64,000 bases of DNA from Octopus vulgaris (GCA_951406725.2 OX597830.1:57474001-57538000); one strand, 5' to 3'; counted from the stretch's first letter, positions 27,010-41,725 are shown. Translations and numbers: made by a program. Notes: generated by a model not told the origin, from the sequence alone.

Positions 27010-27979
27010 GGTGCATTGAAGATAATCTTGTTTATATAGTCTCTGTTGAGAAACAATCTTCCTTGGGTGAGTTTCAGTTGAATGCTAATTACAATGTAGG
27101 GTGGATTTTGACGGAGAGGCGTTTTGAAGCAATTTTTATTAAATTTGGGTTATGTTATTGTTCAGAATTTATTCATGCATGGGCAACTTTGTAGACATTT
27201 CAGGTGTGTAGACATGTTAGGTGTGTCAGTTTTAGGTCATGGGATTGTTTTGTTTTGTTTCTTGTTAGTGGTTCACAAAATGGACGTAGATAGGTATAGG
27301 AAATTTTCGGGTCAGCGGATATGCCAGTAGTTTAATTTTAGAGGCGTTTTCTTTTGTCACATATCTCTGTCATGTACATTTTTCTCTACGTCATGTGTGG
27401 CAATCTCTCCCTCAACATTCAGAATGCTAACAAAAGAATTGCCGACGATCTCATTTGCAACAATAAAAAAAAGACTTCTATTCATTGAAAAGCCTTCTTT
27501 TCCTCATTTGAAAAATTATGTGTTGTTGCTATTAATTGTAGAGTTAAACTTGTTCAAATTAATGTTCTAAGACGTTAAAATACCATTACATTTTCATTTT
27601 CCCTGTATTTTGAAAATCCACAACATAAGGCGTAGAACCACAAATTAAGAGAGGCCCGGATGACAACCCGAGTTTCCGGTAACTCCAGTCGGGGCTGATT
27701 CCACCCATATGTTTTGGATCCATCATTCTCATTACGATCATCTTTATTAGGGTGTGTTTATAGTTAGCATTTGAGGCATTTGGAACGATTCCATCAATAT
27801 TGTCTTAGGAAAATTCTTGGGATAAATTGGAGAATGACGATCAGTGATGTAGAGGTACTTGAGAGAAGTTGTAGTCGGAGTGTGGAGCTGATCGTTGTTT
27901 GAGATTAGGTGGAAATCGGGTGAGAAAGAATGATAAAAGTCTTCATAAGCAACTGCTGTATGGTGAGCTGCAAATTGTA

Positions 27980-28300
27980 AAAGGCTAGCGTATAAACACA
28001 AAATGAGGTTCAAAGACTGCCTTAAAACTGCTTGGACACAGACAGGAATTTCAGATGTTAATTGGGAGAGAGAAGCACAAGATCGAAGTGGATGGAGGGA
28101 ACGAGTGCTGAGGGGTCGTTCGGAAATTGAAAGAGAGAAAATGAAGCAGGAGAAGATTAAGAGAAGGCTTAGAAAGAATGAACCTGTGGAGAATGGGGGA
28201 CTGTTGCTTTTTATGTGTGTGATTTGTGGGAGGAAATGCTTGAGCCATATAGACCTGGTCAGCCATCAGAGAAGACACAGGAATCGAACCCCCTTGTAAA
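27980..28300 (+). mobile_element. RTE LINE 3' end
   Basis: RFKDCLK..WEREAQDRSGWR..CVICGRKCLSHIDLVSHQRRH. Confidence 0.8.
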
Positions 28301-28390
28301 TTGCGATACGGCTATTGTGCAACCTGTGGAATGGTGTGACTTTCAGTTGGAGGATTGAAAAGGCAAAAGATTTCATACTGTGACACCGGT

Positions 28391-28829
28391 GGATCTTTTC
28401 GGTTTGAACGGCAGTTTTTTCTAGCGGTGTCATATGAAATTGTCACCCATAATTATGACCCTAGTATCGATCTATTGCATTTCAATCTGTTTTAGGGTTA
28501 GGGTTAGAGTTAGGGTTAGTTAGGGTTAGGGGTGGGGAGAAGGGTATCTTTTTTTCTTCACAAATGTAAATAAACCCAATCTGTTTCTTAAACGAGGGAC
28601 ATATTCATACGGCACAGAATGTTTTCACCTCAATAGACGTCACTGATTGGTTGAAATTGCCGAAATGCAAGAAATTAAACAACAAATATGTTACAAACTA
28701 CAGAATTTTCTCAAGAAAGCCAAGAGAAAAAGATGTTTTATGAACACATTCTACCAGTATACGAAGTTTAAAAGTGTTTAGTTACGTGGAAATTATTAAA
28801 AAAAACTGCCAGTCAAACCGAAAAGATCC
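28391..28829. mobile_element. Merlin-like MITE containing (TTAGGG)n
   Basis: TIR of ~28 bp starting GG; 8-bp TSD acaccggt / gcaccggt. Confidence 0.9.
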
Positions 28830-29413
28830 GCACCGGTTCCTTCTGCCAGCCAGCACAGATGTGCATTAATTATGTCTTAGAATTTGCCAATCTTTGGCTG
28901 GGCTCAGGAGTCATACAACGGTCTCACACTGCGTCACCAATGACTCATTTCAACTATTCTCTCTAGCAATGGCTTTGCTCGTGTATGAGAAAGCAAGCAC
29001 TATACATTCATGTATATGTATATGAGTAAATAAGTGTATATGTATATTTATGTGTGTATATATATCCTCATATATAATGTATATATGTGTGTACGTGTGT
29101 GTGTGTACGTGTGGAGAGAGAGAATCAAAGGTTATCTTTTTGCAATTGTATCACAGCCTTATCAAATTACACACACAAACACGCACGCACACGCACGCAC
29201 ACACACTCATACAGATACGCGTCTGACAGTGTATAAATGAGCGCGCGCGCGTACAACAATGGAAAAATGTATATACCTTTATCGGGTAATATCAAATATT
29301 TTCTTTTTCACAAGTGTATCACAGCTTTATCATGCAAACGCACACACGTACACACACGCGCACACTGACACACACACACACACACACACACTTACATTTA
29401 CATATACATGTAT

Positions 29414-29448
<35 letters not shown>

Positions 29449-29808
29449 GAAATACACACTTATGTACACGAATCAAAAACTTTTCTTTTAAAGCCGTGTT
29501 ACGCTGTCACGCAGCGTTCACGGTTTTTGATAAAACACAAACCTGAATGAATCAGGCGCTTATCACAGATTCCAGTGTTAAAGGTTCAACAGTGAAATTT
29601 AAGGTTATCTGTGGCGTGACTTGGTCGACATGTCGCATTTTTTATAACCTGGGGTCAACCTTAAGTGAAGCAATACTATGTCCATAGTTGTTCCAACACT
29701 GACCATCCTACCTTTTTGCATCTTAAGTACCCCATTATCAGGTCTAGCCTTCTTTATTTAAGAGTTGTGTGTGATTTAAGGAGAGAGACTTAGTTGTTAT
29801 TTCTACCA

Positions 29809-30140
29809 TAGGGGTTCTCAACTCAAGGCCCCCTATGATTATTATTCTATTATGGTGGAACCCCGTAGCCATTCGATGTTTAAAAACAAGGTTTCCAGAT
29901 ACTTCTTTCAAAATTCTTATTTTATTTTTCACTTTTCACACAGTAACTTGTGTCAAATGAATTAAGCAAAACGTTGGAGAAAGAAGCCTGCTTCTTGCAA
30001 TAAACAAATCTAAATCCACACATTTTCTTGGACCCTTAATACATTATTATGGGTCCCCACTTTACTATTGTGCTTGTGTGTAACCCCCAAAATTTTAAAT
30101 GGACCTCTATGGGTCATAGAGCATCCGATTGAGATCCTCT
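29809..30140. mobile_element. Decayed hAT-type MITE
   Basis: aggggttctcaa .. ttgagatcctct termini. Confidence 0.45.
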
Positions 30141-30547
30141 CTTCTTGCAGGTCAAGCGTGCTTGTAGCCGCTCTCTCATTAGAAAATGTACACATTTTGT
30201 CAATCAAAGAAATTCCTAATTTTGCCTGAATAAAAGTATTGTTGGAGAGGGTACTAGATGAGAGTGTTATCAATATGCTGGGTGATGGTGTTGGTATCCT
30301 TCTCTGGTAAAGTCTGAAGGAAAAGGTTTCTGATGTTGCCCTACAATGTCTGAGATTACAGCAAGGAATATTAACGCCCTATAATTCAGTGACGCGACAT
30401 TGTTAATAATGATAATTTGAATTAGCCCAACCTTACATTGATTTTTCGTGGGAAGGAACATCCGATGAAATGGAACACAGTGATTGATTTAAGTTTATTT
30501 TAGGACGAAGGCCGGTGTGTGTGTATGTATGTATAAATACCTGTTGA

Positions 30548-31076
30548 GACAGGTATGTCTCTACTCCCTGGAGCGAAGGCGGAAGAAGTATGCCTCTACT
30601 CCTTGGAGCGAAGGCGAGAGAGGTATGTCTCTACTCCCTGGAGCGAAAGTGGGAGAGGTATGCAGTAATATACATCTGGAAGATCCTGGAAGGAATTGTG
30701 CCACATTTTGGCATTGAAAGCTACACAAATGTCAGAATGGGTCGACACTGCACAGTGCCAAAGATCCCAGCAATGCCATCGCGCTTCAGGACCAGTTACT
30801 GCAACAGCCTGGGTTTCAGGCGCCCATAGCTTTTTAATATTCTCTCAAAGAGCCTAAGGAACCTGCACAAAGTAGATGTAGGCGTTTTTACATCAAGGCT
30901 GGACCTCTTCCTGTCAGGAGTCTCAGACGAACCTACCTCAGGGCAAGAGGTGCAAATGAGGGTAGCTACATCAAACTCCATTCTTCATCAAGTGTCACAT
31001 ATTAGAGGAGGATCTCAGTAATTACAGTGTAGCAAAACGGCGATGCTCCAGCATAGCCACAGCTCTGAGATGAAAC
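30548..31076 (+). mobile_element. CR1-type LINE 3' fragment
   Basis: LYSLERKWERYAVIYIWKILEG..LDLFLSGVSDEP; same 3' tail as the 55.5 kb copy. Confidence 0.9.
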
Positions 31077-33600
31077 TACAATATATATCTCAATTGGTGC
31101 ACAGATGCAAGGACAGCTGTGTTTGAAGTAAAAGAACTCCATTTAATTTTTAAAATGTGATGAAGGCATTTTTGGTGGAATTGTTCAAACAGTTTAAAAT
31201 ACCTTTCATAACAAGTCCAAGATTCACAGGAATACAACAGGGACGGTAAGACAAATGATTTGTAAAGAGCCAGCTTTGTATTCTTATTTATATGTTGCTG
31301 GCACCAAATGCGTGACTCCAAACCACCAAATGCTTTTGCTGCACTTTGAATTCGCAGCTCTATTTCTGTTTCAAGATTTCCATAATTTTGAACAGAGCTT
31401 CCAAAGTAGAGGAACAAATCGACAACCTCAAGTAACTTTCCCTTAACAAAAGTTTTAGTGGGGTTACAAACAGGACCACACGCAGGTTGATGCATTACAA
31501 CTGTTTTTTTCAAGTTGATGGTCAAGCCAAAATCATCAAAAGCCGAGTCAAATGCAGATACAAGAAATTGGAGACCTGTTTCAGAATGACTGACAAGATC
31601 GCAATCGTCAGCATATAAAAGTTCCCAAATGAGTGAAGTTTTGTTTTGAATTTCAGTCTGGTCAGATTAAAAACATTCCCTGTTGTTTGATATGTTATGT
31701 TAATATTCTCCTCGAAGTTTTGAAAAGCATGTGACAGCAAACTATATTGAAAAGAGGATGGGTGCATCAAGGTCTCCTTGCTTTATTTCCTTTTCCACAG
31801 CAAAAGATTCAGAGAGCTTTCCACCAAAGTTAACTCTAGCTTTCATATCTTGATGCAAAGCCCTGATCATGAAAATTACCACACAGATCCTTTGGCCCCA
31901 ATTTATACAAAGAGACTAAAATGGTATCAATCCAGTCTTGAGGCACTTTATCAGTTCTCCAACAGTGACAAATTAATATATTTAAGAGTTCAAACATTTT
32001 GTCAACCCCATATTTCAAGACTTCTGCACAGATTCCACCAGACTCTGGAGACTTATTGTTATTCAGCTTATTCACAGCTAAATAAGTGTCATTTAGAGTT
32101 GGTTCAAATGCCATCTCTTCCATAACTGGAAGGTGTTCAATTTTTTTCTATCATCCTTATGTCAACGGATGATGGTCTATTCAAAAGTGTAGAAAAATGT
32201 TCTACCCAGTGCTTATGAATAGAAGCGGTGTCACTAGAGCTACTAAGGAAGATTTTGGGCCATATACCTCCTTAACATAAGAGTACAAACCCTTGGCATC
32301 ATTTCTATCCCCTGCGTCTTGTACCCCTTTTGCTCTATCATTCCACCATTCCTGTTTAATTTTCCTTAGATTAGTCTGCACTTTCCTTTTCAGCTTTCTG
32401 TAAGTTTCGTTTGACTTGGGGTTCAAGGATTGAGAAAGAAGTGTATTGACTAAGTTTTGTTTTTCTAAAAGTAGATCATGAATTTCTGCTGATCTTTCTG
32501 AGAACCAGTCACTGGATTTATGAGATTTAATTCCCACTGATGAACTTGCTGCTTGAAATACTTTTGTTTTGAAATCTTCCCATAGATTGTTTGGGTCAAG
32601 ATTGATACTTTCTATAGCATTGTGGAATCTTTGCAAGTTGCTTGATAATTTAGAGTTTGCAACATTTAACTTTTTGGGTGCCTTAAGACCAGACTCTCGA
32701 TTGTTAGGCATTATCAAAAAATTAATTTTTCCACGCACTAGACGATGGTCAGTCCAGCTCTCTGCCTCTCTCATGACCCCAACGCTAGAAACGTCTTTCA
32801 TGTCACGTTTCCTGATCAGAATATAATCTATGAGATGCCAGTCCTTAGATCTTGGGTGCATTCAGGTGGTTTTATATTTATTTTTCTGCTTAAACAGAGT
32901 GTTGGTGACAACCGATTATTCTCAGTACAAAACGTCAAAAGAGCTACTCCATCTTTATTGCATTTTCCAATCCCATGTCGACCTAAAACAGGTCCCGAAA
33001 CAGTCTTTTCCAACTTGAGAATTGAAATCTCCCAATACGACCAGCTTGTCAGAAATTGGTACTTTCCTCAATAATTGTGCTAGATAGTCAAAAATCTGTC
33101 CTGCAGTTTCATCAGAATGGGACATTGTTGGTGCATAAATACTGACAATGGTAAGAAACCTACCTTTTTCCAGTTTAATACGGCATGACATGGTCCATTC
33201 AGATATACCAATTGGAAGCTCTGCAATGGAGGATACTAATGTATTCTTGAGAGCAAACCCGACACCAGATTCTCTACGCTGACCCTCAGGTAGGCCTCTC
33301 CAAAAGACAGTATATCCATAAGTAGGTTCATTTACATGACCCTCGCCAGAGAGACGAGTTTCAGAGAGCGCAACTATATGAAGGGAATATTTCTTGAGCT
33401 CACCTGCAATAAGTGCAGAACACCTTTCTGGCGGCCTCTTGCTGAAATTATCATCAAAAAGTGTGCGCACTTTCCAACACCCGAAATTCAAAGGATGCTT
33501 ATCTTGAAGATTGTTTGACCACAATGGCAGGATGCCGGCCGGGTCCAGCCTTTGATACACTGGGACACCTGCCGAGCCAGACCTGTTCTCCTAAAGTTCC
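31077..33600 (-). mobile_element. Decayed RTE LINE (APE endonuclease and RT)
   Basis: IVALSETRL, SGVGFA, SIYAPT, LGDFN, MHPRSKDWHLIDY, WTDHRLV, YADD (31600s), LPSLLYSCESWT. Confidence 0.93.
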
Positions 33601-33623
33601 CAAGCCTTTTTTCCACGCACACA

Positions 33624-33684
<61 letters not shown>

Positions 33685-33756
33685 GTTTGGCAAGTTTGTT
33701 AACGCTCGAAACTCCCAGCACTTTTTCTTTTTAAAACTCATGTCGCCAGGCAAGGT

Positions 33757-33838
<82 letters not shown>

Positions 33839-35299
33839 CGCGCGCGTGTACCGCGAAACAAGTACAATCGAGACAAGAATGTAAAGTGGTTTGAAGGGGG
33901 ACATCGTTATCTTTATTCTATTTTTCCCCCCACTTCAATATTTTTATCATCCGAGCGAATCTATTAATACTTTGTAATATGATTGTATCTGGTCGTTTTG
34001 ATATGATTGTATCTGGTCGAGCGCAAATGTATGCGTGTGTATGTGAGGACATGCAAACACACAGGTACACACGCACACACACACAGGTGTGCATGCACAC
34101 ACACACACACACAGAGGCACACAAACATACATACAGGCACACAAATACACGCACACACTTACACACACATACAAACATACACAAGTTTACTACCGGCTGT
34201 CGCACGGTATCTACATGCTAAATTCCACTTCTAACGCGTAACAGAAGACAACCGAGGTGACATCAATGGCGGAGCCCGACTGACCCCTTGCCCCACCCTT
34301 GCATAAACTACAAGGGGACAGCATGTGGGGTGAAGCCATGTGACTGCGAAGAAATAGCAGTTAAATCTCTCTGAAACCACAGTCTAGGGCAGTGGTCCCC
34401 CACCTGTGGTCAGTGGACCCCTGGTGCTCTGCAAAGGTAGTATTGGGGCTCCCTGAACATGTTACGCTGACAGACCTTTCAATATCCTGGGGTCCATGGG
34501 AATACTTATTTAAATAAAAGGGAGACTCATAAGGTTGCGCTGACGTTATAGAACAATTAGTGCGCCGTATAATCACAGCAGACGGTTTCTTGTACCAAAG
34601 AAAAGATCATCCAAGCTGTTCCATCGCCTAACAACAACAATCAGATGGTGTAACAAGGAAACTGAATCTGCTATGGCTTACTAGAGGCGCTTACCATTTC
34701 ACTTGAGCAGACACTCATATCTGACTTGATGCCACTTGTTAACAAATAGCTATTTTATTTCAATCTCTGATCGTAGACATTTTATTCCACAGACATCTCT
34801 GACGCACTTAAGAAAATACGATTATCACAATTTGCCTTTAAAACAAAAATTGAAGAAAACAAAGAAGAGAACCTCGTATTGTTATCTCTAGAAATTTTCT
34901 CTGGAAATTATTGCCAGCACTGATTTTGTTAATAGCAATGCTAACACAGTAGAACATAATATTGAATCATAAAAACGTTTAATATACTTTGTAGTATATT
35001 ATGTCTGCATAACGGAATACGGTGGCCCTACAGGTCATTAATATTTGTATTATATTAGATACCGTAAGGTGGTGAGCTTCCAGGACAAAATGATTAGTGA
35101 TATTTTTCCGGCTTTACGTGCTGAGTTCAAATACCAGAGAAGAGTATTCGGTAAAATAAGTACCTGGTACTTAGCTGGGGTCGATGATATGGATTCACTA
35201 TTTCCTCTAAAGTTATTGGTCTTGTGCCAAAGTAACGAAATCATTATATTATATATTGTATTGTGCTATATTAGATATCTAGCGTTTATTTTAAATTGA

Positions 35300-36330
35300 G
35301 GATCTTTTCCGTTTGGCTGCCAAGATTTCAAAAATCAGAGTTTATTGAAAATTTTAAGATTTGGTTCATTAATGTAGTTTTCCAAGCTGAATCGGTGGAG
35401 ATATTTCATTTTTTCCAGAAAAACTTTTTAGAAAAGAGTTATAGAGATTTAAAGTTTGTTCGTTTTCACCCAGCCAGGAATCAGGATTTGGAAGCTGTCA
35501 TTTTGTGCGTGACTGCACATTTTGTCAACATCCTGAAAATAGCACGTTTGTTTTTATATGAAACCTTAAAAAATGAATTACGTACGACATATAAACCCCT
35601 TATAACTTCTATGTTTTTGAATTTTCAGAAAATTTTGCAAATTTGTTTCTACACTCGGAAAAATCATACGATAATGCAAAAAAAAAATGGTGGAGGTGCG
35701 TGATTTAATGCCTATTTAGCTGTTATTTTTAGCGCACCTCACAACCACCTCAATGACAAAAAAAAAAAACGGGTAAACAACATGTATTTTCAGCTTTAAG
35801 CATTCAAAATGCATTTAATACGATAAACAGCAAATTACAAATTAAATATTTCTCAAAATAAGAAACTCATAATACAAACTTAAAAGATTTATCCAAAAAC
35901 AAAATAGCACATTACAAATTAAATATCTTTAAAAAACAAACATTTTGTTGACCAGTTCATTGAAAACGAAAGTTAGAAATGCATTCAAGCAATTTCTCAA
36001 ATAAATCACAATTTTCATATCTCCTGCGCCACATAAATCCACAGAGATATGAATCTAACAAAGAACGGTGAGTGCCACAGCACCGTTTATGACCTCATTT
36101 TACAGAGGCTCATCTACTCTCCACTTGTTGAGTGTGGCTATCATCTTTCGAGTGAACAAACCCAACGCTGTGGTGCACCGTTCTATGCTCAAAATTGTAA
36201 CCATCTATTTCAGGAATGTGAAAGTACGTCCGTCACAAATCGCTGAAAATTGCAGTTCCTGGGAGAATCGAGTGATGTCTGCATTTCTCCAGTGTATCAC
36301 GATTCCGACATGGCACTGCATACATAAAAA
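35300..36330 (-). mobile_element. Merlin (IS1595/IS1016-like) transposase pseudogene and one terminus
   Basis: ILPGTAIFSDL*RTY..HRTVHHSVGFV..HTQQVESR*..GTHRSLLDSYLCGFMWRRR at 36020-36310; terminus ggatcttttccgtttg at 35300. Confidence 0.8.
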
Positions 36331-37605
36331 CCTGGTCTCAAGACATTCCTCCAAAAACCCACTGCTCAGGTAGGACCCTTCCTTGGTTGTACTTACGTCT
36401 TGAGAAGACTATTTCATTGATCTCAACAATCCTCCCAGGACCACCAACCGTAACTGGATGACAGGGGCTGGTTTCCTGCACATACTTCCCTAACAAAGCT
36501 GTTATAATCAACAGCTGTGCAATGCTTCATCCCCAGTTCTTCAACTCAAGACCGGACTGAAGTCAATTCCTTAACCCATGAGTAAAGGAAAAGCACAACG
36601 GTCCCAAGCGGCAAGGTGCCACCTTCCCTCTCCTCACTGGCACACACTCCATGCATCCTTGGTGCCAGCATTGTCAATACATATTCCCACCACATTTTCT
36701 TCTGCTCTTAAAGTACTTTTTCATTTTGCATAATTTTCTTTTAAGTATAACACCCTTTTCTTCTAAATACAAAGCTGCATCCTCCTCTAATGCGTTATTT
36801 AAGACCTATTTGGTTGCTATTTTTAGCACATATGACAACCACATTAATGACCCGAATATATTTGTCAACGCGTTCTTTCTTGCAGACAAAAGAGTTCTCA
36901 TGTTTGGCTCGTTACTATGGAAATAGGCATGAATGTGTTTGTGGCTTACGATTGGCTAAAATTTCAAACTTTAATAACTAATAACACTATTTTTATGGAT
37001 TTATGGCGAAAATGATTTTCATGGCATTGATTAACATATAAAAGTATATCATTACAATGAATATGAAATCAATTCAAACAGAAATTGAAGAGATTGGGAA
37101 TCGGCAACCGAACAGAAAATATCCGGAATTAAAAACCAGAGCGGATCTCGTTTTTTTTTCATTCGCAAAATATGCCTTTTGTAGAAGACAGTAAAAAATC
37201 TGCAAATTGGCTATAATAATGTAGCATAGCAGTCTCATTGCTTTGAAGGTATGATGTTGTTGAGAAAAAAAAATCGGAGAAAAAGTTAAAGAGGTTTAAA
37301 AATCGAAAAATCCAGGTATTTTTAGACGACAGCGAGACAGAAATGTTCTGCGTTTAGCGGAAAACTTTAAGGTGACAAGTTTAAGGTTGAATCTGTGAAA
37401 TGTAGCGTCTGACCCGTTCATTGTAGGTTTGTAAATAAAGAGAAATATCTAATACCTATCATCTGGATCTAGTCTTTCTTATTCATTGATTGTATTTTAT
37501 TTTACTTTTTTTAAATTTGTTTTATTAATATATTTGTCTGCATGGGTTTACTTTATGCGTATTTCAGTATTATGTATACCTGACATGTATTTGTGTACAT
37601 CATTA

Positions 37606-37683
<78 letters not shown>

Positions 37684-39149
37684 AAGGGGCGTCTGTCTCC
37701 ATAACTTCAAAGTTGAGTAACGTTTTCATGCTTAGATTTGTAAACTATGATAAGAATAAATAAAGGAAAAGCACACAAAAATACTAACACACAGAAGCAC
37801 AGGAAGATATGTAATATGCTAACAGAAAAATTAAAACAAAACGTGGGTGAAACGAATCTGGTGGTGTGAAGAATCGATTGTAAAGAATCAACATCGAACA
37901 ACGTGTGTCACAGACAAGAGTGAAGTGAACCACGAAGTCGCAGACAACACCGAGACAACAGTGAAGTAAACCACAACAAGCGTTCTGTTGTCATGGTAAC
38001 AAGCTGCTAAAGCCACGCTGTCTGCTGATTGGCTAAAATTACCCAAATTTCCCAACTTTGATTCCAAAATTACATCAGATTCTTCAATTAGGAGATAAAG
38101 TAATTGGTTGATCGTAATCAAAATTCGGAGTTGTATCGATACACCGAAAATGAAAGCAATCTGAACAAAATTAAGTGAAGCCATTGTTGATTTTTATTTC
38201 ACAGACTCTGAGGGAACCGGATGGAGGACAACCTAGATATGTTTGGAAGATTGCGAAACGTAATAAGAACAAAGAGGTTGGATTTGGCGAGTTTAAACTC
38301 AGATATTTAGATACAGTAAAATATCTATTTCAAAAACATAGTGTATATATCAGTTCTCTAATTGTTTCTCACTAAATTTAAATTATCCGTTAAAAGCAAC
38401 TGGCACTTCAAAGAGTAAACAGTCCCTATGAAATATCAAATCGTATTGCGACAGCTGGTCTCACCATTGACTTAATAAGTATGGAATCGGAAACAAGTAA
38501 ATCACAGATAATAATAATATTGATTTCTCATGAAGGCACAGATGGCCAAATAATAGAATGTCGAAGAATTGGCTAATGATTGGTAGATTCTATATACTCT
38601 CACTGGTGCTGTGATATGTCTTTGGCCAGAACACTTGACTCTCAAATAATTCTGTCCTCCTAAACCCCAACCTGAATCTTTCTGCAAGTTTCTTTCCTTT
38701 ATTCTCGAGACTTTGCAGTCGAGAATTTATGTGACCCTTGGGTCAAGTTCAGTTCAACCTCAGTGCGACCTGTTTAGCTATGGAATTGTTATAAATAGGG
38801 AGCATAGTTATTTATCACGCTTTCTTTTTCACTCGGCATCTTTAAAGCAGAGATAACATGCATGCTTTCTTCCCTCGGAGTTGCCAAAGAGTTAAAACGT
38901 GTCTCCCTCTCTTATTCAATGTCTGTCACAAAGGTAACATGACTCTTTTATCTTCTCACAAACTTTCAGTGAGATAAATTCTTTAACTTTCTCTCTCACC
39001 GTTCCCTTCGGACACTTAGCAAGAAACTACAATGGCCAGAGATATCTATACAAAGAACAACAGAACTGCTGCCAGCCATGATATATTACCACTATCTCGA
39101 AGTTGTTGTTTGTCTCGTAACGGTAGACAATAGTGACGTTAACTGACCA

Positions 39150-39495
39150 TGCAAAGCCTCCAAATTCCGTTTCCGAGATCAGCTCAAGGCCACCCACCTC
39201 CGCTGCTACTTTGACCCAAATATTTGGAAGACAATCGCCAAGTAACGTCTGAAGTGGTGACGTGTCATCATCAAGGAAACAGACAAGTGGCAGAGCTCAG
39301 ACGTCGAAGACGCAAAGATTAATTCGCACTTCCTCATGCCCCTACCAACTCACCCCTGCAATGAATACCTGCAGCTCTTCTATACCGCCCTTGGCCTGAA
39401 CAGCCACCTCAGGCATTGGCACCCTTCGCACCCATCAAGATGAAGAGACCCAATGGCTACAGACCTACTACTCGGATACGAGTTGACGACGACGA
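39150..39495 (+). mobile_element. RTE LINE 3' end
   Basis: RFRDQLK..WKTIAK*R..LGLNSHLRH; short (GAC)n tail. Confidence 0.6.
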
Positions 39496-39914
39496 TAACG
39501 AATGTACAAAATATATGAATATGAGCCAGAAATAGGTTCATGCAGTGGAAACAATAATTCGGCAGATTTATTATATAACATCTCTTGTGTTTCTAAGCTC
39601 ATGAGCATTGAACCTGGAAGACTGCTTGCAGACACAAAGCAGGTTATATAAATCTACCGAATTATTGTGTTTCTACGGCATGAAACCAACCATTAGTAGC
39701 TTGTCTTACTTTTATATGTATTGAGTTTAGACTCGGTTAATAATAGCCTGGCACCCACGCTTTGTTCTTTTCAGATTTTCTTTTTCATTTCTCTGGGTCA
39801 TACTTTATCAATTTCATCTTCTGAATGTTTGTTTCGGCGGTTATTAGTTAGTTTTAATCAAGGCTGAGTAAAATCGTTTGCCGTTTTCATGTTTTTTTTT
39901 TATCGTTGTTTTGT

Positions 39915-40095
39915 TTTATTGAACTGCGGCCATGTTGGGCCACCATCTTGAACGACTTAGTTACACAAATAGACCCCAGTATTTGTTTTTAAGCCTGGTT
40001 CTTGTTCTATCGGCCTCTTTTACCGAACCGCTAAGTTACGGGACCTAAACAAACCAACACCGTTGCCAAATGGTGGCCAGGGACAAACACAAGCA
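39915..40095 (-). mobile_element. SINE 3' half, abutted by the LTR
   Basis: ccgaaccgctaagttacggg core. Confidence 0.75.
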
Positions 40096-41187
40096 TGTAG
40101 ATAGGGTTGTTGGGAAAATACGACCGTACGTAAGGAGTTGGTGACAGAAATGTCTCCTTTTAAACGCCGCACAGTCGCCCTAACAAAAGAAGAAGCCAAA
40201 ATACATGAAATAAAAGAATAAGTGCCAAAAGGAATAAGAAAGACGACACAACCGTTCTACTGTTTGAGAGAGAAGACTTTATTTACAGATGTGTACAATA
40301 AGATAAAGTATGGGTGCCAGCAAAGTGGAGTGTCTGTGTACATGCGACAAGTGTTAGTGTCTGAGTGTTCGTGTGTGCATTACCTGAGTGAACATAAGTA
40401 CAAGCAAGGTGTATGCAAGTGAGACAGAATACAATACAGAGCATAGAATGAGTCTCTCAGGATATTTTAGACAAGATGGAGTTAACTTACCAGTTCGTAG
40501 TAAGGTACATAATAGCAGTTCGTTCTGTAACTGGATGTTGGAGTCACAAGGCAGAATGCCGGTTGAACACTTGTCGTGTAGCGGTTGGAGCTTCAATACT
40601 GTGCCAGGTCTCTTGATACAGGAATTCTTGCAGGTAGTGCGGTGCTGATAACCTTGGTGAAAATCACAACAGCGAGAAAGCTAAACCTGAGCGAGTGCTG
40701 TGTACGTATTGGTGTTGCTGGAGATGAAGGCGACGGAGATGGAGACGACGTGAAGTCGAAGGACGACGATGGTGATGGCGACGGCAGAGAAAGGCGTCGT
40801 CGAGATGAAGGCGACGGAGGTGGAGAACGTTCTGTGTTGCTGGTGTATGTTAGCGTCATTTTCGCTGGAGCAGGAACATGGCTGGCTGGTCTAGTCGTCT
40901 GTCGCTGGAACTGGAACTGGCTGAGTCACTCTGTGGTCAGAGGTTAGTCCTGAGAAAAAGACTAGAACCAAAGACGAGAAATAGTGATTTGCTGGCGCCT
41001 TTTATAATCTGAGATGGGCTCCAGTGAAACCCCCAAAAGACTGTCATGGGACCTTATCCGAAGGCCATGATTGGTTGGTTTACACACTGGCGCGAAATAA
41101 GCCAAGAGACAAACTGCGCCAATGTCAACCAATCAGAACAGTGGACACAACAGGGTTAAAATAGCCGAAGATGGTTGCTATCTAACA
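40096..41187 (-). mobile_element. Probable solo LTR
   Basis: TGtagatag..ctatctaaCA inverted ends; TATAAAA (~41000) and AATAAA (~40280) on the minus strand; CCAAT boxes nearby; no clear TSD. Confidence 0.6.
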
Positions 41188-41414
41188 CGAGATCATTTCT
41201 AATATATCTCTCAAACAGTGAGGATATCACCTAGCTACGCTACTTGGTTATAATCAAGCTGTGTTCTCATGAAGCACAATTGCTTATTCCAGTCCTCCAA
41301 AATTATATGAAGATGTTTGAATGAGCCATGCATAAGAGTTGAAAAATATTGGGAAATAGTTTTTGCAGAATCAAAACAAGAGAATGCCAAAATTACCTCT
41401 AATATCCTGTTTTG

Positions 41415-41452
<38 letters not shown>

Positions 41453-41453
41453 A

Positions 41454-41491
<38 letters not shown>

Positions 41492-41725
41492 AGATCCAAG
41501 GATCGAGTTGTAGAAAAAAAGTTAGCTTCAAGCAATCTGTAGTAAATATAAAATACAACTTTCAAGGACAAGAGTGGCTTAATGAGATGGAAGAAGGTTG
41601 TCGATGTTTTATTATATCTAAGTACGATAAACCGAAAAAGTTCGTTTTATATTTCACGGTAGGCCACCAGGGTTACTGGGTGTACGAATAAGAATACAAG
41701 AGTTAAGGAATGGAGTAGATAAGAT

